Below, piece after piece: positions 37,301 through 49,724 of a stretch of 64,000 bases of DNA. The notes beneath the pieces were generated by a model. It did no database searches. It was not told the DNA's origin and was given only the letters and a program-made list of their open reading frames with translations. Both the position numbers and the translations under genes were made by a program. The stretch is taken from the NCBI GenBank assembly GCA_051362555.1, contig CM120642.1, positions 11,594,001 through 11,658,000 on the forward strand. Direction: 5' to 3'. Source of the stretch: Lingula anatina. Its lineage: Eukaryota > Animalia > Brachiopoda. How positions within the stretch are numbered: the stretch's first letter is position 1; the number at the start of each line of letters is the position of its first letter.

Positions 37301-40300
37301 GGTAAGAGCCCCCATACCCATCTCTTGGATTTAGGTCACCTATAATCTCAGCTCGTTCCACGTAAAATTTGGGCTTTGTCGGTTTTGGGGTCTAGGTGTG
37401 GCACTCATTGCAATGCACCCTTGTCTAAAAATGGCAAAATTAAATGCTAATTATCTACCCTACGGAAGGAATTATGGGAAAAATTTCTACAGACGGCTTT
37501 CCAAAAGTCATATGTGTAGATTTCAAATATGCCCTTGGATTTGACCTTTGACCTTTATTTCAAGGTCAAACGGGCCAAAATTTTCAAAAAAATGAATTTT
37601 TTTACGAAAAAAAAATTATTTGCCCTGTTATTCAGACACCACACAGACTTAACCAATAATATTATTGGAAAGTGTTACCCTTCAGGTCATCTTTCATATC
37701 CGTGAATTTGGGGTCAATCGGTGCATTTTCACGAGAGTAGCGGCCATAAGATACCGAAACTGAAAACTGTCTCTAATTCGGGAACCGTTAATGCTAGAGA
37801 CCCATTCTTTTTTGCATTTTGTAGAGCATGTAAAGCCCAACACTGGAAGTGGTCTCGGTTTTTTTGTATTCCATACGGTTTTCGAGTTACGCTGTATCAA
37901 AAAGTACATATTGGTGGTGAAAGCAAAATGTGCAGTACGGTAATGGATAATAAATTTTGAAATCCATAAAAATAAAACATAAGGCTTGGCAAAGCAGACA
38001 ACTTGTGGTCAAAAATGACATTATTTCATCAAATGTGAACATCTGGAACTTCAGAGCACCTCCCATTTCGAGAATTTTGACCAAAATGACCTTTTCTTTA
38101 TTTTAATTAATTTTTTCTGTAGGAAATTTATGGCACATTATGGTAACTCCAAAATTATAACATTTAGTCCCTTATATCTCCAAAACTGGCAGAGATAGGT
38201 CCATAGTTACTATTGAAGTTGAATAGGAAGTCATATACTGGCAATCTAAATGTGACCTTAAAATTGACCTTTGACCTACTTTTCACCGTGAACTGAACTT
38301 TGCAAATTTTGCTTCCCTTTTATCTCCAAAACTGGCAGAGATAGGTCCATAGTTACTATTGAAGTTGAATAGGAAGTCATATACTGGCAATCTAAATGTG
38401 ACCTTGAAATTGACATTTGACCTACTTTTCACCATGAACTGAACTTTGCAAATTTTGCTTCCCTTTTATCTCCAAAACTGGCAGAGATAGGTCCATAGTT
38501 ACTATTGAAGTTGAATAGGAAGTCATATACTGGCAATCTAAATGTGACCTTAAAATTGACCTTTGACCTACTTTTCACCATGAACTGAACTTTGTAAATT
38601 TTGCTTCCCTTTTATCTCCAAAACTGGCAGAGATAGGTCCATAGTTACTATTGAAGTTGAATAGGAAGTCATATACTGGCAATCTATATGTGACCTTGAA
38701 ATTGACCTTTGACCTACTTTTCACCATGAACTGAACTTTGCAAATTTTGGTTCCCTTTTATCTCCAAAACTGGCAGAGATAGGTCCATAGTTACTATTGT
38801 AATTGAATAGGAAGTCATATACTGGCAATCTAAATGTGACCTTAAAATTGACCTTTGACCTACTTTTCACCATGAACTGAACTTTGTAAATTTTGGTTCC
38901 CTTTTATCTCCAAAACTGGCAGAGATAGGTCCATAGTTACTATTGAAGTTGAATAGGAAGTCATATACTGGCAATCTGTATGTGACCTTGAAATTGACCT
39001 TTGACTTACTTTTCACCATGAACTGAACTTTGCACATTTTGGTTCCCTTTTATCTCCAAAACTGGCAGAGATAGGTCCATAGTTACTATTGAAGTTGAAT
39101 AGGAAGTCATATACTGGCAATCTGTATGTGACCTTGAAATTGACCTTTGACCTACTTTTCACCATGAACTGAACTTTGCACATTTTGGTTCCCTTTTATC
39201 TCCAAAACTGGCAGAGATAGGTCCATAGTTACTATTGAAGTTGAATAGGAAGTCATATACTGGCAATCTAAATGTGACCTTGAAATTGACCTTTGACCTT
39301 TTTACCATGACCTGAATTTTGCAAATTTTGCTTCCCTTTTATCTCCAAAACTGGCAGAGATAGGTCCATAGTTACTATTGAACTTGAATAGGAAGTCATA
39401 TATTGGCAATCTAAATGTGACCTTGAAATTGACCTTTGACCTACTTTTCACCATGAACTGAACTTTGTAAATTTTGGTTCCCTTTTATCTCCAAAACTGG
39501 CAGAGATAGGTCCATAGTTACTATTGAAGTTGAATAGGAAGTCATATACTGGCAATCTGTATGTGACCTTGAAATTGACCTTTGACCTACTTTTCACCAT
39601 GAACTGAACTTTGCACATTTTGGTTCCCTTTTATCTCCAAAACTGGCAGAGATAGGTCCATAGTTACTATTGAAGTTGAATAGGAAGTCATATACTGGCA
39701 ATTTACTGTGACCTTGAAATTGCATTTTGACCTACCTTACGATGAACTTAACTTTGATTGTACCATTTTTAGGCATATATATTTTTTGCATATTTTGAAA
39801 ATTCTTGTTGATTGCATTTTTACAGCTTGTCAAGCAGAAGACTGGTGGCTGTGACCCTTATTTTGTGTATGTGGGGGTCTATACGAATGTGATTGCTCCA
39901 GCTGGTGGTACAATATTCGGAGGCGGTATCGCCTCTCTGATCCTCTAGTTTTTAACTTACAAGTATGATTTTTAGGAATGGCATGCAGTTCAAATTAGAA
40001 AGCCAGCTCTATTGGGTTATCATTTATTATTGAATTTATGCAATTTTGTATGAAATTTTCATTTTTCTCATTCTGCCATTTTGAAAGTGTGAACTTGAAC
40101 TCCCATGGGCCTGAAGCCTTATGCTTGTAACACATTTTACTTACGTCAGTATTACCTGTTGAGCATAATTAAAATTTGACGTTGAATTTGCAGCTAAGTA
40201 TAATGTACTTTTGCACCAGAATTGACAGTAGCCTATTTTGTGAATTGTTATTTTCTGATTTTTGTCTGTACATTTGACAGCTTTGCTGCCTTGTTGTTTT

Positions 40301-43040
40301 TTTTTTTTTTGTAAAAAAAACATAAATAAAGTGCTTGTGTTGTATACATATGTTGACACATTTCAAAGATGGACTGAATTGGTGGAAGTGGTGGACTGAA
40401 AGGTGTAAAATCGTAAATGATATTGTTCCCAGAAATGGCCAAATTCATCACTGAAATAACTATGTGTTTTGTAGTAAACAGAGTATGTTGATGTTGTATA
40501 AATGACTTTATTTACTTATTCTCATATTGTTAAGTAAAGTGCAGGGTTGCCAACATTATTCAGTGCACAAAATTTGTAGATCTGTTGGTTGACCTGCTGG
40601 TAATACATGTAACAGAATTACATAAGGGTACCTGAAATCCGAGATAATTAATATTAAATGTTTTGTATAGTACACCTGAATACATAGAGTTTTTTATACT
40701 GTGGATGTGTGCTTAAAATAACAATTTTACTGTGTCAGGTGGATGTTTTGGTGACCACAGCTGGGGGTATTGAGGAAGACTTCATCAAGTGCATGGCTCC
40801 AACTTACCTAGGGGACTTCCACTTGAAAGGCAAGGAGCTGAGAGAGAAGGGCATCAATAGGATTGGGAATCTACTTGTTCCTAACAATAATTACTGTTTG
40901 TTTGAAGACTGGATAATGCCAATCTTAGACCAGATGCTGGTAGAACAGCAGGAACAAGTAAGAAGTTCAATGCTGATTGCAATTGGTAATAAGAGGCCAG
41001 TCCCATTTAGTTTTATTGTACAATTTTAGAAAATGATCAATTTTTTTAAAATTTTTGTGCATCACACTTTGGTTTGGTAAGTAATTAGCTATCGAGCAAA
41101 AACAGAAAAATAACAGTGGGACTCTAGATATATATTAATCCGAAAGAAAGGTTTGAGGCAAATATCATTGCATGTTAAAATTTCCCTTGGTTACACACAT
41201 GAATTTCTGCTGTTTAATAAAATAATTATTTCTGCAGAAAGTGAACTGGACACCATCAAAAATGATTGCAAGATTTGGCAAAGAGATTGACAACCCACAG
41301 TCTGTTTATTACTGGGCCTACAAGGTAAGACAAATCAATCACCATGATTAGATATTAATTGTATACTAAACATTTCCTAAAAATGTATCCCTTTTGGTAC
41401 TTGCTCCAGAATCATTATTGATATTTACAATTTTTTGCTAGGAATTTTTCAAGCAAAAATACTAATTTGAGGTGTTTAAATTTAAAGCATTTTTTTTCAT
41501 GAAGTAGCACATGCCATGTATTTTGAGTGCTCACACTTTATAAGATAATTAGTGATGTTTTCAGAGATTTACTTTGTTCAAACAAAATATTTCATTGTTC
41601 TTCCAGAATAACATTCCTGTATTTAGTCCTGCTCTTACTGATGGCTCTTTAGGAGACATGCTGTATTTTCATTCCTATAAAAACCCTGGTCTGGTTCTGG
41701 ATATTGTTGAAGGTTTGTGAACACAAAAAGCTTAGTTTTCTCTTTTACAAGGTTAAAGTACAGGTGTAATTTGTTTGCCATTGCATGTTGTGTCTATCCC
41801 AGAGTGTATTGCAGTAGGTTGATTTGAAATTTTTAGATTGTACATGCTTACATTACACATTCTTCTACATGTATTTCCAGACATACGTCGGATGAATAGC
41901 CAGGCGATCTTTGCGCAAAACTCGGGAATGATAATTCTTGGTGGGGGCCTGGTGAAACACCATATCTGCAATGCTAACATGATGGCAAGTATATAATAAA
42001 TATGCTGTCAAAAACTATGATCAATAGCAATGTCAGGGTTTCAGGAAATATAGATGAACTTAAGTCTAACCTATAAATACAGGGTATGTAACATTTCTGT
42101 AACATCTGCTATATATCTGTCATTATATCCATTACATGTGGTTATTATTTTTTCCCCAGAAATAAAAATCACATTTTGATAATGTTTTATATGCAGTAGC
42201 TTTTATACCCACGTGTATTTGTGGATTGGTGTCAGTAATTATTGTGATTGGGAGAAGATCCAGTGATTGTGTTAGGTTGGAAATGTAAAACACATTCAAG
42301 ATGCTGTATGCATTCATCAGTGCCATACGCATACAGTTACATATAAAATATAGGGTTTCCTTAGTTTATACTACCTTAGGAATAAGGCACTCTTTGTGCA
42401 AACTTTTGTACAGTCCTTATATTATCTGATGTGGTATGGTATTGGGTTGAATTTTGAGATAGAACGTGCATATTTTGAAAGTTATCATGCATTTAATTTA
42501 CTTTTGACTTGGTTTCCATTTTTCAGAGGAATGGAGCAGATTTCTCATTATTTGTGAATACTGCCCAAGAATTTGATGGCAGTGATTCTGGAGCTAGGCC
42601 AGATGAGGCTATCTCCTGGGGAAAGATAAAGAAAGATGCTAAACCTGTGAAGGTACATTTTTTCAGAATATCAACAAATGACCGTTTTTGTGTATTCAAC
42701 TCTATTTATACCTTTATTTATACACAGGTGTGAGAATTTTGTTTGTCGAATTTTGAATTTTGATGTGTCGATCATGAGTTTATTTTATCACAAAAATGGA
42801 CCTTTGTTCTGTGATATTATTCTCATCTCTCTTATACATATATATAACAAACTACAATGCAGAATCTTTATATTTACGTATGCAACTATCAGATAAAAAT
42901 CCATCTTGCAGGTGTATGCAGATGCCAGTCTTGTGTTTCCTCTGCTTGTTGCTGAAACATTCGCGAGGAATTTCCCAATTAAAAACGGAGATAGAAGTCT
43001 GGGAGAAGGCACATCGAGCAAGAAAAGCAAACTATCTTGA
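33530..43040 (+). CDS. DHPS: Deoxyhypusine synthase; coding exons 33530-33730, 34615-34779, 40739-40957, 41238-41324, 41607-41712, 41881-41984, 42527-42652, 42912-43040
   Basis: Motifs [129 protein letters not shown] (catalytic Lys region) and [17 protein letters not shown]. Confidence 0.97.
34378..34547. mobile_element. 170-bp MITE with 15-bp TIRs and a 5-bp target-site duplication
   Basis: CATGCCTGTAGCCAG ... CTGGCTACGGGCCTG, flanked on both sides by AAAGT. Confidence 0.7.
34930..35545 (+). repeat. Tandem array, about 161-bp unit, about 3.7 copies
   Basis: GATAAGTG at 34936, 35096 and 35258; repeated AAACTTACAGAACTGATGAATATT...CCATTTTTAGGGAAGTTATG. Confidence 0.85.
35949..37000 (+). repeat. 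Tandem array, about 335-bp unit, about 3 copies (another partial unit near 40060)
   Basis: Units begin TTT(C)ACAT.TTGGCATTTTCA at about 35949, 36287 and 36620, and share CCATGGGCCTGAAGACC and TTATTAAAAATTGATGG. Confidence 0.8.
37161..39948 (+). mobile_element. Non-autonomous Helentron/Helitron-like element, family A, younger copy with an expanded satellite
   Basis: GTACCACCAGCG-TTAG-CGCTGGCGGTAC (37171-37198), (GCCGGCTCC)n, the 146-bp array, GCTGGTGGTAC (39901-39911), hairpin GAGGCG-GTAT-CGCCTC, and terminal CTAG plus T's. Confidence 0.85.
38178..39750 (+). repeat. Satellite-like tandem array, 146-bp unit, about 11 copies
   Basis: CTCCAAAACTGGCAGAGATAGG starts at 38178, 38324, 38470, 38616, 38762, 38908, 39054, 39200, 39343, 39489 and 39635. 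Confidence 0.95.
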
Positions 43041-44983
43041 AGAAGGAACTTCGACCAAGAAAAGTAAATCATCTTGATAGAAACTGAATTATTCAGGAAT
43101 GAGCCCATAAAGTACCGCCAATTGCTAGTCAAAGGCTTAGTTCTGACAGAAGATGCAGTTTCATTTTACTCTGTGCAACAATATATGTTATATCGTCATT
43201 AAGTTAAACCTTCAACAATTATTGTCAGAGAAAAAAGGGAAGTTTCTGCCTGCATCATCCTGTTAAGCTTGATCAAGTCTATGATGTTTAATAACTACAA
43301 AGACGAGTATCTCTAAGGAGAGGAAGAGCACTTCATGAAAGGTCTTCAGAAAAAACTGATTTGTCATAATTTCTGCTTGGTCAGCAGGTTTTAATTAAAT
43401 GCTCTAATATAAATACATTTTAAATGATTACATGGTGAGTATTCATTCATGTATTACTTGTTTTGTTTAAGATAACATATGGGATATTTTATGTAAAGCA
43501 TATTGTTTTCATTCTATCTATGCATGATAGCATCTATATAAAGTGTCTGATTTTTATTCGCAGTTAACCCAATCCAAATGAACATTTGATTATGGAAGGA
43601 GATACCAGTACTGCTACTGAACATTTTAAAATATATATTCATTTAATATAATAATAATAATAATAATAATAATATGTAGCCTCTCATACTCTGAAAACAG
43701 AAATGTTATATAACAATTTTTATTTAAAAAAATAAATAAAAAGCACCGACTCGGGTAAAACGTGTTCATTATATTTTCTTTTTGTGTTGTTTGTGGTCCT
43801 ATATATTAATCCTTAGAAAAGAAAGTATGTCACCTCAAAATTAAAAGGAAACTGTCAATACTAAAAAATACACTTTTCGGAATTGCATATTAAAATTTAG
43901 GTTTCGAAGACTTGTTTCATATAGTATGGATGGCTTTTTTCACACATTTTGTTAAAGTGAAATATGCTTATGTTGACAGTCGTAGCGATAAATTTTTTTA
44001 GAAAAAATTGTAAATCAGAAATAAGCCCGTAGGAAAGAGATAACCGGAAATTGAGCCTCTCCTTCCTCCCCATTGCTGTAAACGACGTGAAATAGCACAT
44101 AACTCATAACAAATAAACGTTGAAAGTTTATTTCATGTTTTTAAAACATCAAATAATGGTAATTAAAAACAAAAAAAAAATGCTTAACTGTGAATAAAGT
44201 GACAAAATGATACACAACGACATCACCTTTGGTGTTACAATTTTACAACCTATACACATGTACATACAAGATACATGTATTTACTTCTTTCACTTCAAAA
44301 TAACACCATTACCATTGGTAAGCTATGGCTTATTGGAAGGCACTACTGGTAGTGCAGAAACAATTTGTCTAGTTGAAACTATTTTCAGCCAAGGTAAAAT
44401 GCCTGTAGTTTTCACTTATGGTGGACCTTAGTCTTTCCATAGAGACATACACGTTTGTTAAATTTCCAGCGTGAACGTCGTTCAGAATGTTCATGTATAT
44501 TTTGATTATTACTGAAGAATCCTTCATGAGATCTTCAAAACACACGCCTCATTGCGATCTTGATTATTTCCTGAAGTAACAAAAGATTGTGAATAATTCT
44601 ACAGTTTTCATTTTAAATGAAGTGTGCAAAGGCCATTTGTGAGAAATTAGAAGAAAAAAAAACGATGTTGAGTCTTCTCACCATGAAGATAAACTATGTT
44701 AGTTCTTTAAACATTCTTCTCTTGCATGAAAATTATGCATTTAAATTCGAAGAAAATGCATTCGAAGTCACCTCTCTCTCTCTCTCTCTCTCTCTCTGCG
44801 TGTATCTGTTGATGTTGAGTGGCAAATAAAGACATTTACGAGGAAATCTGTCAGTCCAACGGTTACCAAATTATTATTTCATAATGCCAAATTTGTACTT
44901 AAATAATTTTTACAATGATATACAAAGAAACGATCATATCCAATCTTACCTTTATGTTAAATCTTCCCCGGCAGTCATGACAT

Positions 44984-45844
44984 CTAACCATGGAGACCAA
45001 ATTTACCGAAGCCAACTCCCTGGAATATAATAATGCAAGTTTTATAATCTAGGGAGATTTGCAAATAAACGTTGATAAAATTGCTTAAATTGAATAGTAT
45101 ACAGTGTGTATAATCCGTATATTGATGAATTATGCCATTGTTTTGAATGTAAAAGTCTAACGCTAGGCAATGGCAATATATATATATATATATATATAGT
45201 GTGTGTAGTTAGGCCTACTAGTATATTATAAGTAACATTTAAAAGAATCCACGTTTCTGCCGACTGCTTCCAATAAAAGAAATTATGAACTTGAAACTAT
45301 CTTAGATAATAAGTTCATCTGGATGTATAACCTAGTATTTTTATTAAAAAATGGTGGAAAAAAAACTTCTCTCGAGCTCCTTAAAGTTTACAAAATGCTT
45401 TCAAGGAAAAAAACTAAGAACTCGAATGTATATATTTTGCTAATACAGTAAGATATTATTTTAAAAACAAAGTGAAGTTTCACTGACCTTGCCGAAACCA
45501 AGACCGTAGCCAACACCGCCATAGCCGCCGAGGCCGAATCCACCGATACCAAAGCCCTTGCCGAAACCGCCAAGACCACCGTATCCGATGCCCTTGCCAA
45601 AGCCTCCGATACCTCCGTAACCGAGGCCCTTGCCGAAACCGCCAATACCTCCGTAGCCGAGGCCCTTGCCGAAACCGCCAATACCTCCGTAGCCGAGACC
45701 GCCGAAGCCGCCGAAACCTTTGCCGATGCCGAAGCCACCAATGCGACCGATGCCACTGCCGTAGCCAACTGGATATCCCTTCAGGCCTGGGGCGGCATAG
45801 GCAACGGCGGCGAGGGCCAGGAGGAGAGCGATGCACTTCATCAT
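44984..45844 (-). CDS. Secreted glycine-rich structural protein, copy 1 (exons 45488-45844, 44984-45019)
   Basis: MMKCIALLLALAAVAYA signal peptide, 12-aa G(L/I)GYGG(I/L)GGFGK repeats, AAG|gtcagt donor, terminal exon GVGFGKFGLHG*, TATAAAAG upstream. Confidence 0.9.
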
Positions 45845-45906
45845 CTTGACTGTGGAGGTTGTTACCTTTAATGCAGTAGAGTAATGACAGCGTCTGTCCC
45901 TTTCCC

Positions 45907-45945
45907 CTTTTATAGGCCCCAGCACCCTGGTGTTCAGTGCGTGAT
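45907..45945 (-). promoter_or_regulatory. Core promoter of Gly-rich copy 1: ATCACGCACTGAA motif plus TATA box
   Basis: The minus strand reads ATCACGCACTGAACACCAGGGTGCTGGGGCCTATAAAAG; the same sequence is present in copy 2. Confidence 0.65.
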
Positions 45946-46885
45946 GTTAAACATTTTCCAGGGTGTTCAAACTAAAGGCTTTGTATGTCGAGCGCAGCTT
46001 CTTGTTAGTGAATTTGAATATTTAAATCTTCTCACCACAGTACGGAGGGTTTTACCTGTATGTGGAACAATGTTCGCTTTTCATAGTGAAGATGGGACCC
46101 TATGTGAGGCCCATTGTAAAAATTTACGATACGAAGATAACAATGGCATTTCATATACGTTTTGATTTTGAGCTGATTTGAAAATGGCTAAAATCTAATT
46201 AATTTTCAAAGGCATGTGGCCGAATTTTTTGTATCAAAAGAAATGAGCCTAGCCTTTTGTTATTATTAAAGAATTAAAAAGGAATGTAAAGCTCGAAATG
46301 AATTTGTAAAGAATATTGCAAAACTTTATAAAAGCGCTCTTCCAATTTAGCAAGCACAAATATAATTCCGACAAAACGAATATTATTTTAGAAAATAAAA
46401 CGTTATGAAAACACACTTTTGGACTACTGATGAAATAAAGAATGAAGATCAGATTGAGTTTTAAGTTTGTAATTATGATTTTTTTTTTTACAAAAATGTT
46501 GATTAAAACGACCCAATCACTATTGTAACATGAAACTCGTTTTTGACAGCTTTTAACAATGTACAATTGGGGGTGATTAATGGTACAATTAATAACACCT
46601 TGTTAGCGTTCGTTATCATCTTATCATTTCATTTCAACGCGCATCTCACGTGTTCGCTCTTGACACGGGATAATAGACACTGTTTTAAGCATACACTATA
46701 TGGTCTGATGAGAAAGAAGACGACCAATAGTATACGTGTAATTAGCACTTTGAAGTGGGGACGTCCATTTCAATTAGCATTTCATTCATAATTGTCTTAG
46801 GCAATGGTCCATTCTTTATCAGAAAATTCACCGACTGACAAGCTAACTTAACAATTTGAGAGCAAACACCGGGTTGAGGTTGAGG

Positions 46886-46989
46886 TTCCTCTGCTTGTTG
46901 CTGAAACATTTGCGAGGAATTTCCCAATTAAAAACCAAGACAGAATTCTGGGAGAAGGTACATCGAGCAAGAAAAGCAAACTATCTTGA
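46886..46989 (+). pseudogene. DHPS: Duplicated, 5'-truncated DHPS terminal exon (followed by a copy of its 3' UTR)
   Basis: Encodes [33 protein letters not shown], versus [33 protein letters not shown] in the gene; lacks the native splice acceptor. Confidence 0.85.
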
Positions 46990-48961
46990 AGAAGGAACAT
47001 CAACCAAGAAAAGCAAATCATCCTGATATAACCTGAATTATTAGGGAATGAGCCCATAAAGTACCCCCAATTGCTGGCCAAAGGCTTAGTTCTTACAGAA
47101 GATGCAGTTTCATTTTACTCTGTGTCACAATATACACATGTATGTTATATCGTCATTCTGACCTAACCTTTAACAATCATTGTCAGAGGTAAAAAATGGG
47201 AGTTTCTGCCTGCATCATCCTGTTAAGCTTGATCAATTCTATGATGTTTTATAACTACAAAGACGAGTATTTCTAAGGAGAGCACGTCATGAAAGGTCTT
47301 TAGAAAAAAAAACTGATTTTTCGTAATTTCTGCGAGGTCAGCAGGTTTTAATAAATTGCTCTAATATAAATACATTTTATATAATTATATGGTGAGAAAT
47401 CATTGGTTTATATATTACTTGTTTTGTTTAAGATAACATATGGGATATTTTATGTAAAGCGTATTGTTTTCATTCTATCTATGCGTGATAGCATCTATAT
47501 AAAGTGTCAGATTATTATTTGGAGTTTGCTCAGTCCATATGAACATTTGATTATGGAGGAAGATACCAGTACTGTTATTGAATATTGAAAAAATGCATTC
47601 GTTTTATAGCATAACAACTATATATAGCCTCTCATTCTCTGTATACAGTGTCATGTGACAATTTTTATGGATTCAGAAACAAAAAAAAAACAAAAAAATA
47701 ATAATAATAAACATATGTTCATTGTATGTTCTTTTTGCGTTGTTTGTGGGCCTACATTAATCCTTAGAAAAGAAGGTTTGTGACCTCAGTTAAAATAAAA
47801 CTGTCAATATTAAAATATACACTTCGTATTACATGTAAAATAAAATAATCTAGAGCGGAAAGCAGTTGTATAAAGACCACGGTTCTTAGGTTATGAAGAC
47901 TAGAGTAGATATAGTATGAAAGGCTTTTTCACACGTTATGTTTAAGTTAATTCTGCTAATGTTGACAGTCATAGCGATAAATTTTATAGAAAAAAATGTA
48001 AATCAGAAATAAGTCCGTAAGAAAGAAATAACCGGAATTTGAGCCTCCCCTTTCTCCCCATTGCTGTAAACGATGTGAAATAGCACACAACTCAACAAAT
48101 AAAGGTGGAAAGTTTATTTCATGTTTTAAAAACATCAAATAATATTAATTAAAAACAAAAAAGTTTAATTGTCAATAAAGTGACAAAATGATACACAACG
48201 ACATCACCTTTGGTGTTACAATTTTACAGCCTATAAACATGTAGGCCTACATACAAGGTATTTACTTCTTTCACTTCAAAATAACACCATGTCCATTGGT
48301 TAGCTATTGGCTTTTGGAAGGCACTACTGGTAGTAGAGATACAATTTGTCTAGTTGAAACAATTTTTAGCCAAGGCAAGAGGTCCGTAGTTTTCTCTAAT
48401 GATAAACCTTAGTCTTTCCGTGGAGACGTACACTTTTGTTTTTTCGAGCGTGAACGTCGTTCAGAATGTTCATGTATATTTTGATAATTACTGAAGAAGC
48501 CTTCGTGAGATCTTCAAAACGTACACCTTATTGCGATCTTGCTTATTTTCTGAAATGATAAAAGATTGTGTATAATTCTACAGTTTTCATCATATATGAA
48601 GTGTGCAAAGACCATTTGTGAGGAAATAGAAACAACAATGATGTTGAGTCTTCTTACCATGAAAATAAACTGCGTTACTTTTTTAAACATTCTTTTCTTG
48701 AATGAAAATTATGCATTTAAATTCGAAGAAAATGTATTCGAAGTCACCCTCTCTCTCTCTCTCTCTCTCACTCTCTCTCTGCATGTATCTGTTGATGTTA
48801 TGTGGCAAATGAAGACGTGCGGGGAAAACTCTCTGTCCAACGGTTACCAAATTATAATTTCATAATTTCAAATTTGTAACTAAATAAATTGCACAATAAT
48901 ATACAAAGAAATCATCATATCCAATCTTACCTCAGTGTTAAATCTTCCCCAGTCATGACAT

Positions 48962-49724
48962 CTAACCATGGAGACCAAATTTACCGAAGCCAACTCCCTG
49001 GAATATAATAATGAATGTTTTATAATCTAGGAAGATTTGCAAATAAACGTTGATAAAATTGCTTAAATTGAATAATATACAGTGTGTATAATTGATGGAT
49101 TATGCCATTGTTTTAAATTTAAACGTCCAACGCTTGGCATTGGCAATATTTTTCTGTGTAACTAGTGTATTCTAAGTAACATTTAAAAGAATGGTTCTTC
49201 CGACTGATTCCAATAAAAGAAATGATGAACTTGAAACTATTTAAGATAATAAGTTCATCTTGCTGTATAACCTAATATCTATATATATATATGTGAAAAT
49301 GATGGAAAAAATTTTTCTTGAGCTCCTTAAAGTTAACAAAAATGTATATGTTTTGCTCGTACAGTAAGATATTATTTTTTAAACGAAATGAAGTTTCACT
49401 GACCTTGCCGAAACCAAGACCGTAGCCAACTCCGCCATAGCCGCCGAGGCCGAATCCACCGATGCCAAAGCCCTTGCCGAAACCGCCAAGACCACCGTAT
49501 CCGATGCCCTTGCCAAAGCCGCCAATACCTCCGTAGCCGAAGCCCTTGCCGAAACCACCGATACCTCCGTAGCCGAGACCGCCGAAGCCGCCGAAACCTT
49601 TGCCGATGCCGAAGCCACCAATGCGACCGATGCCACTGCCGTATCCAACTGGATATCCCTTCAGGCCTGGGGCGGCGTGGGCGACGGCGGCGAGGGCCAT
49701 GAGGAGAGCGATGCACTTCATCAT
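48962..49724 (-). CDS. Secreted glycine-rich structural protein, copy 2 (exons 49404-49724, 48962-48997)
   Basis: Same structure as copy 1, with exon 1 shorter by one 36-nt (12-aa) repeat; intact frame and splice sites. Confidence 0.9.

Larger units (their letters stand above)
34844..40310 (+). mobile_element. Non-autonomous Helentron-like element, family B, long copy filling DHPS intron 2 and hosting a nested family A element
   Basis: 5' palindrome ATGTACAGACAC-AGAT-GTGTCTGTACAT, (GTC)n microsatellite, tandem units of about 161 bp and about 335 bp, and a 3' TGTCTGTACAT plus GACAGC-TTT-GCTGCC hairpin plus poly-T. Confidence 0.72.

Noticed and set aside
38178-39750. Regular repeat array considered as CRISPR-like
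   Set aside because: The units are contiguous with no unique spacers, no cas genes are present, and the context is a eukaryotic intron.
45845-45925. N-terminal extension MLGPIKGERDRRCHYST... in the ORF track (also 49725-49805)
   Set aside because: It begins at a non-ATG codon and runs through the TATA box; the true start is the ATG ATG in AAGATGATG.
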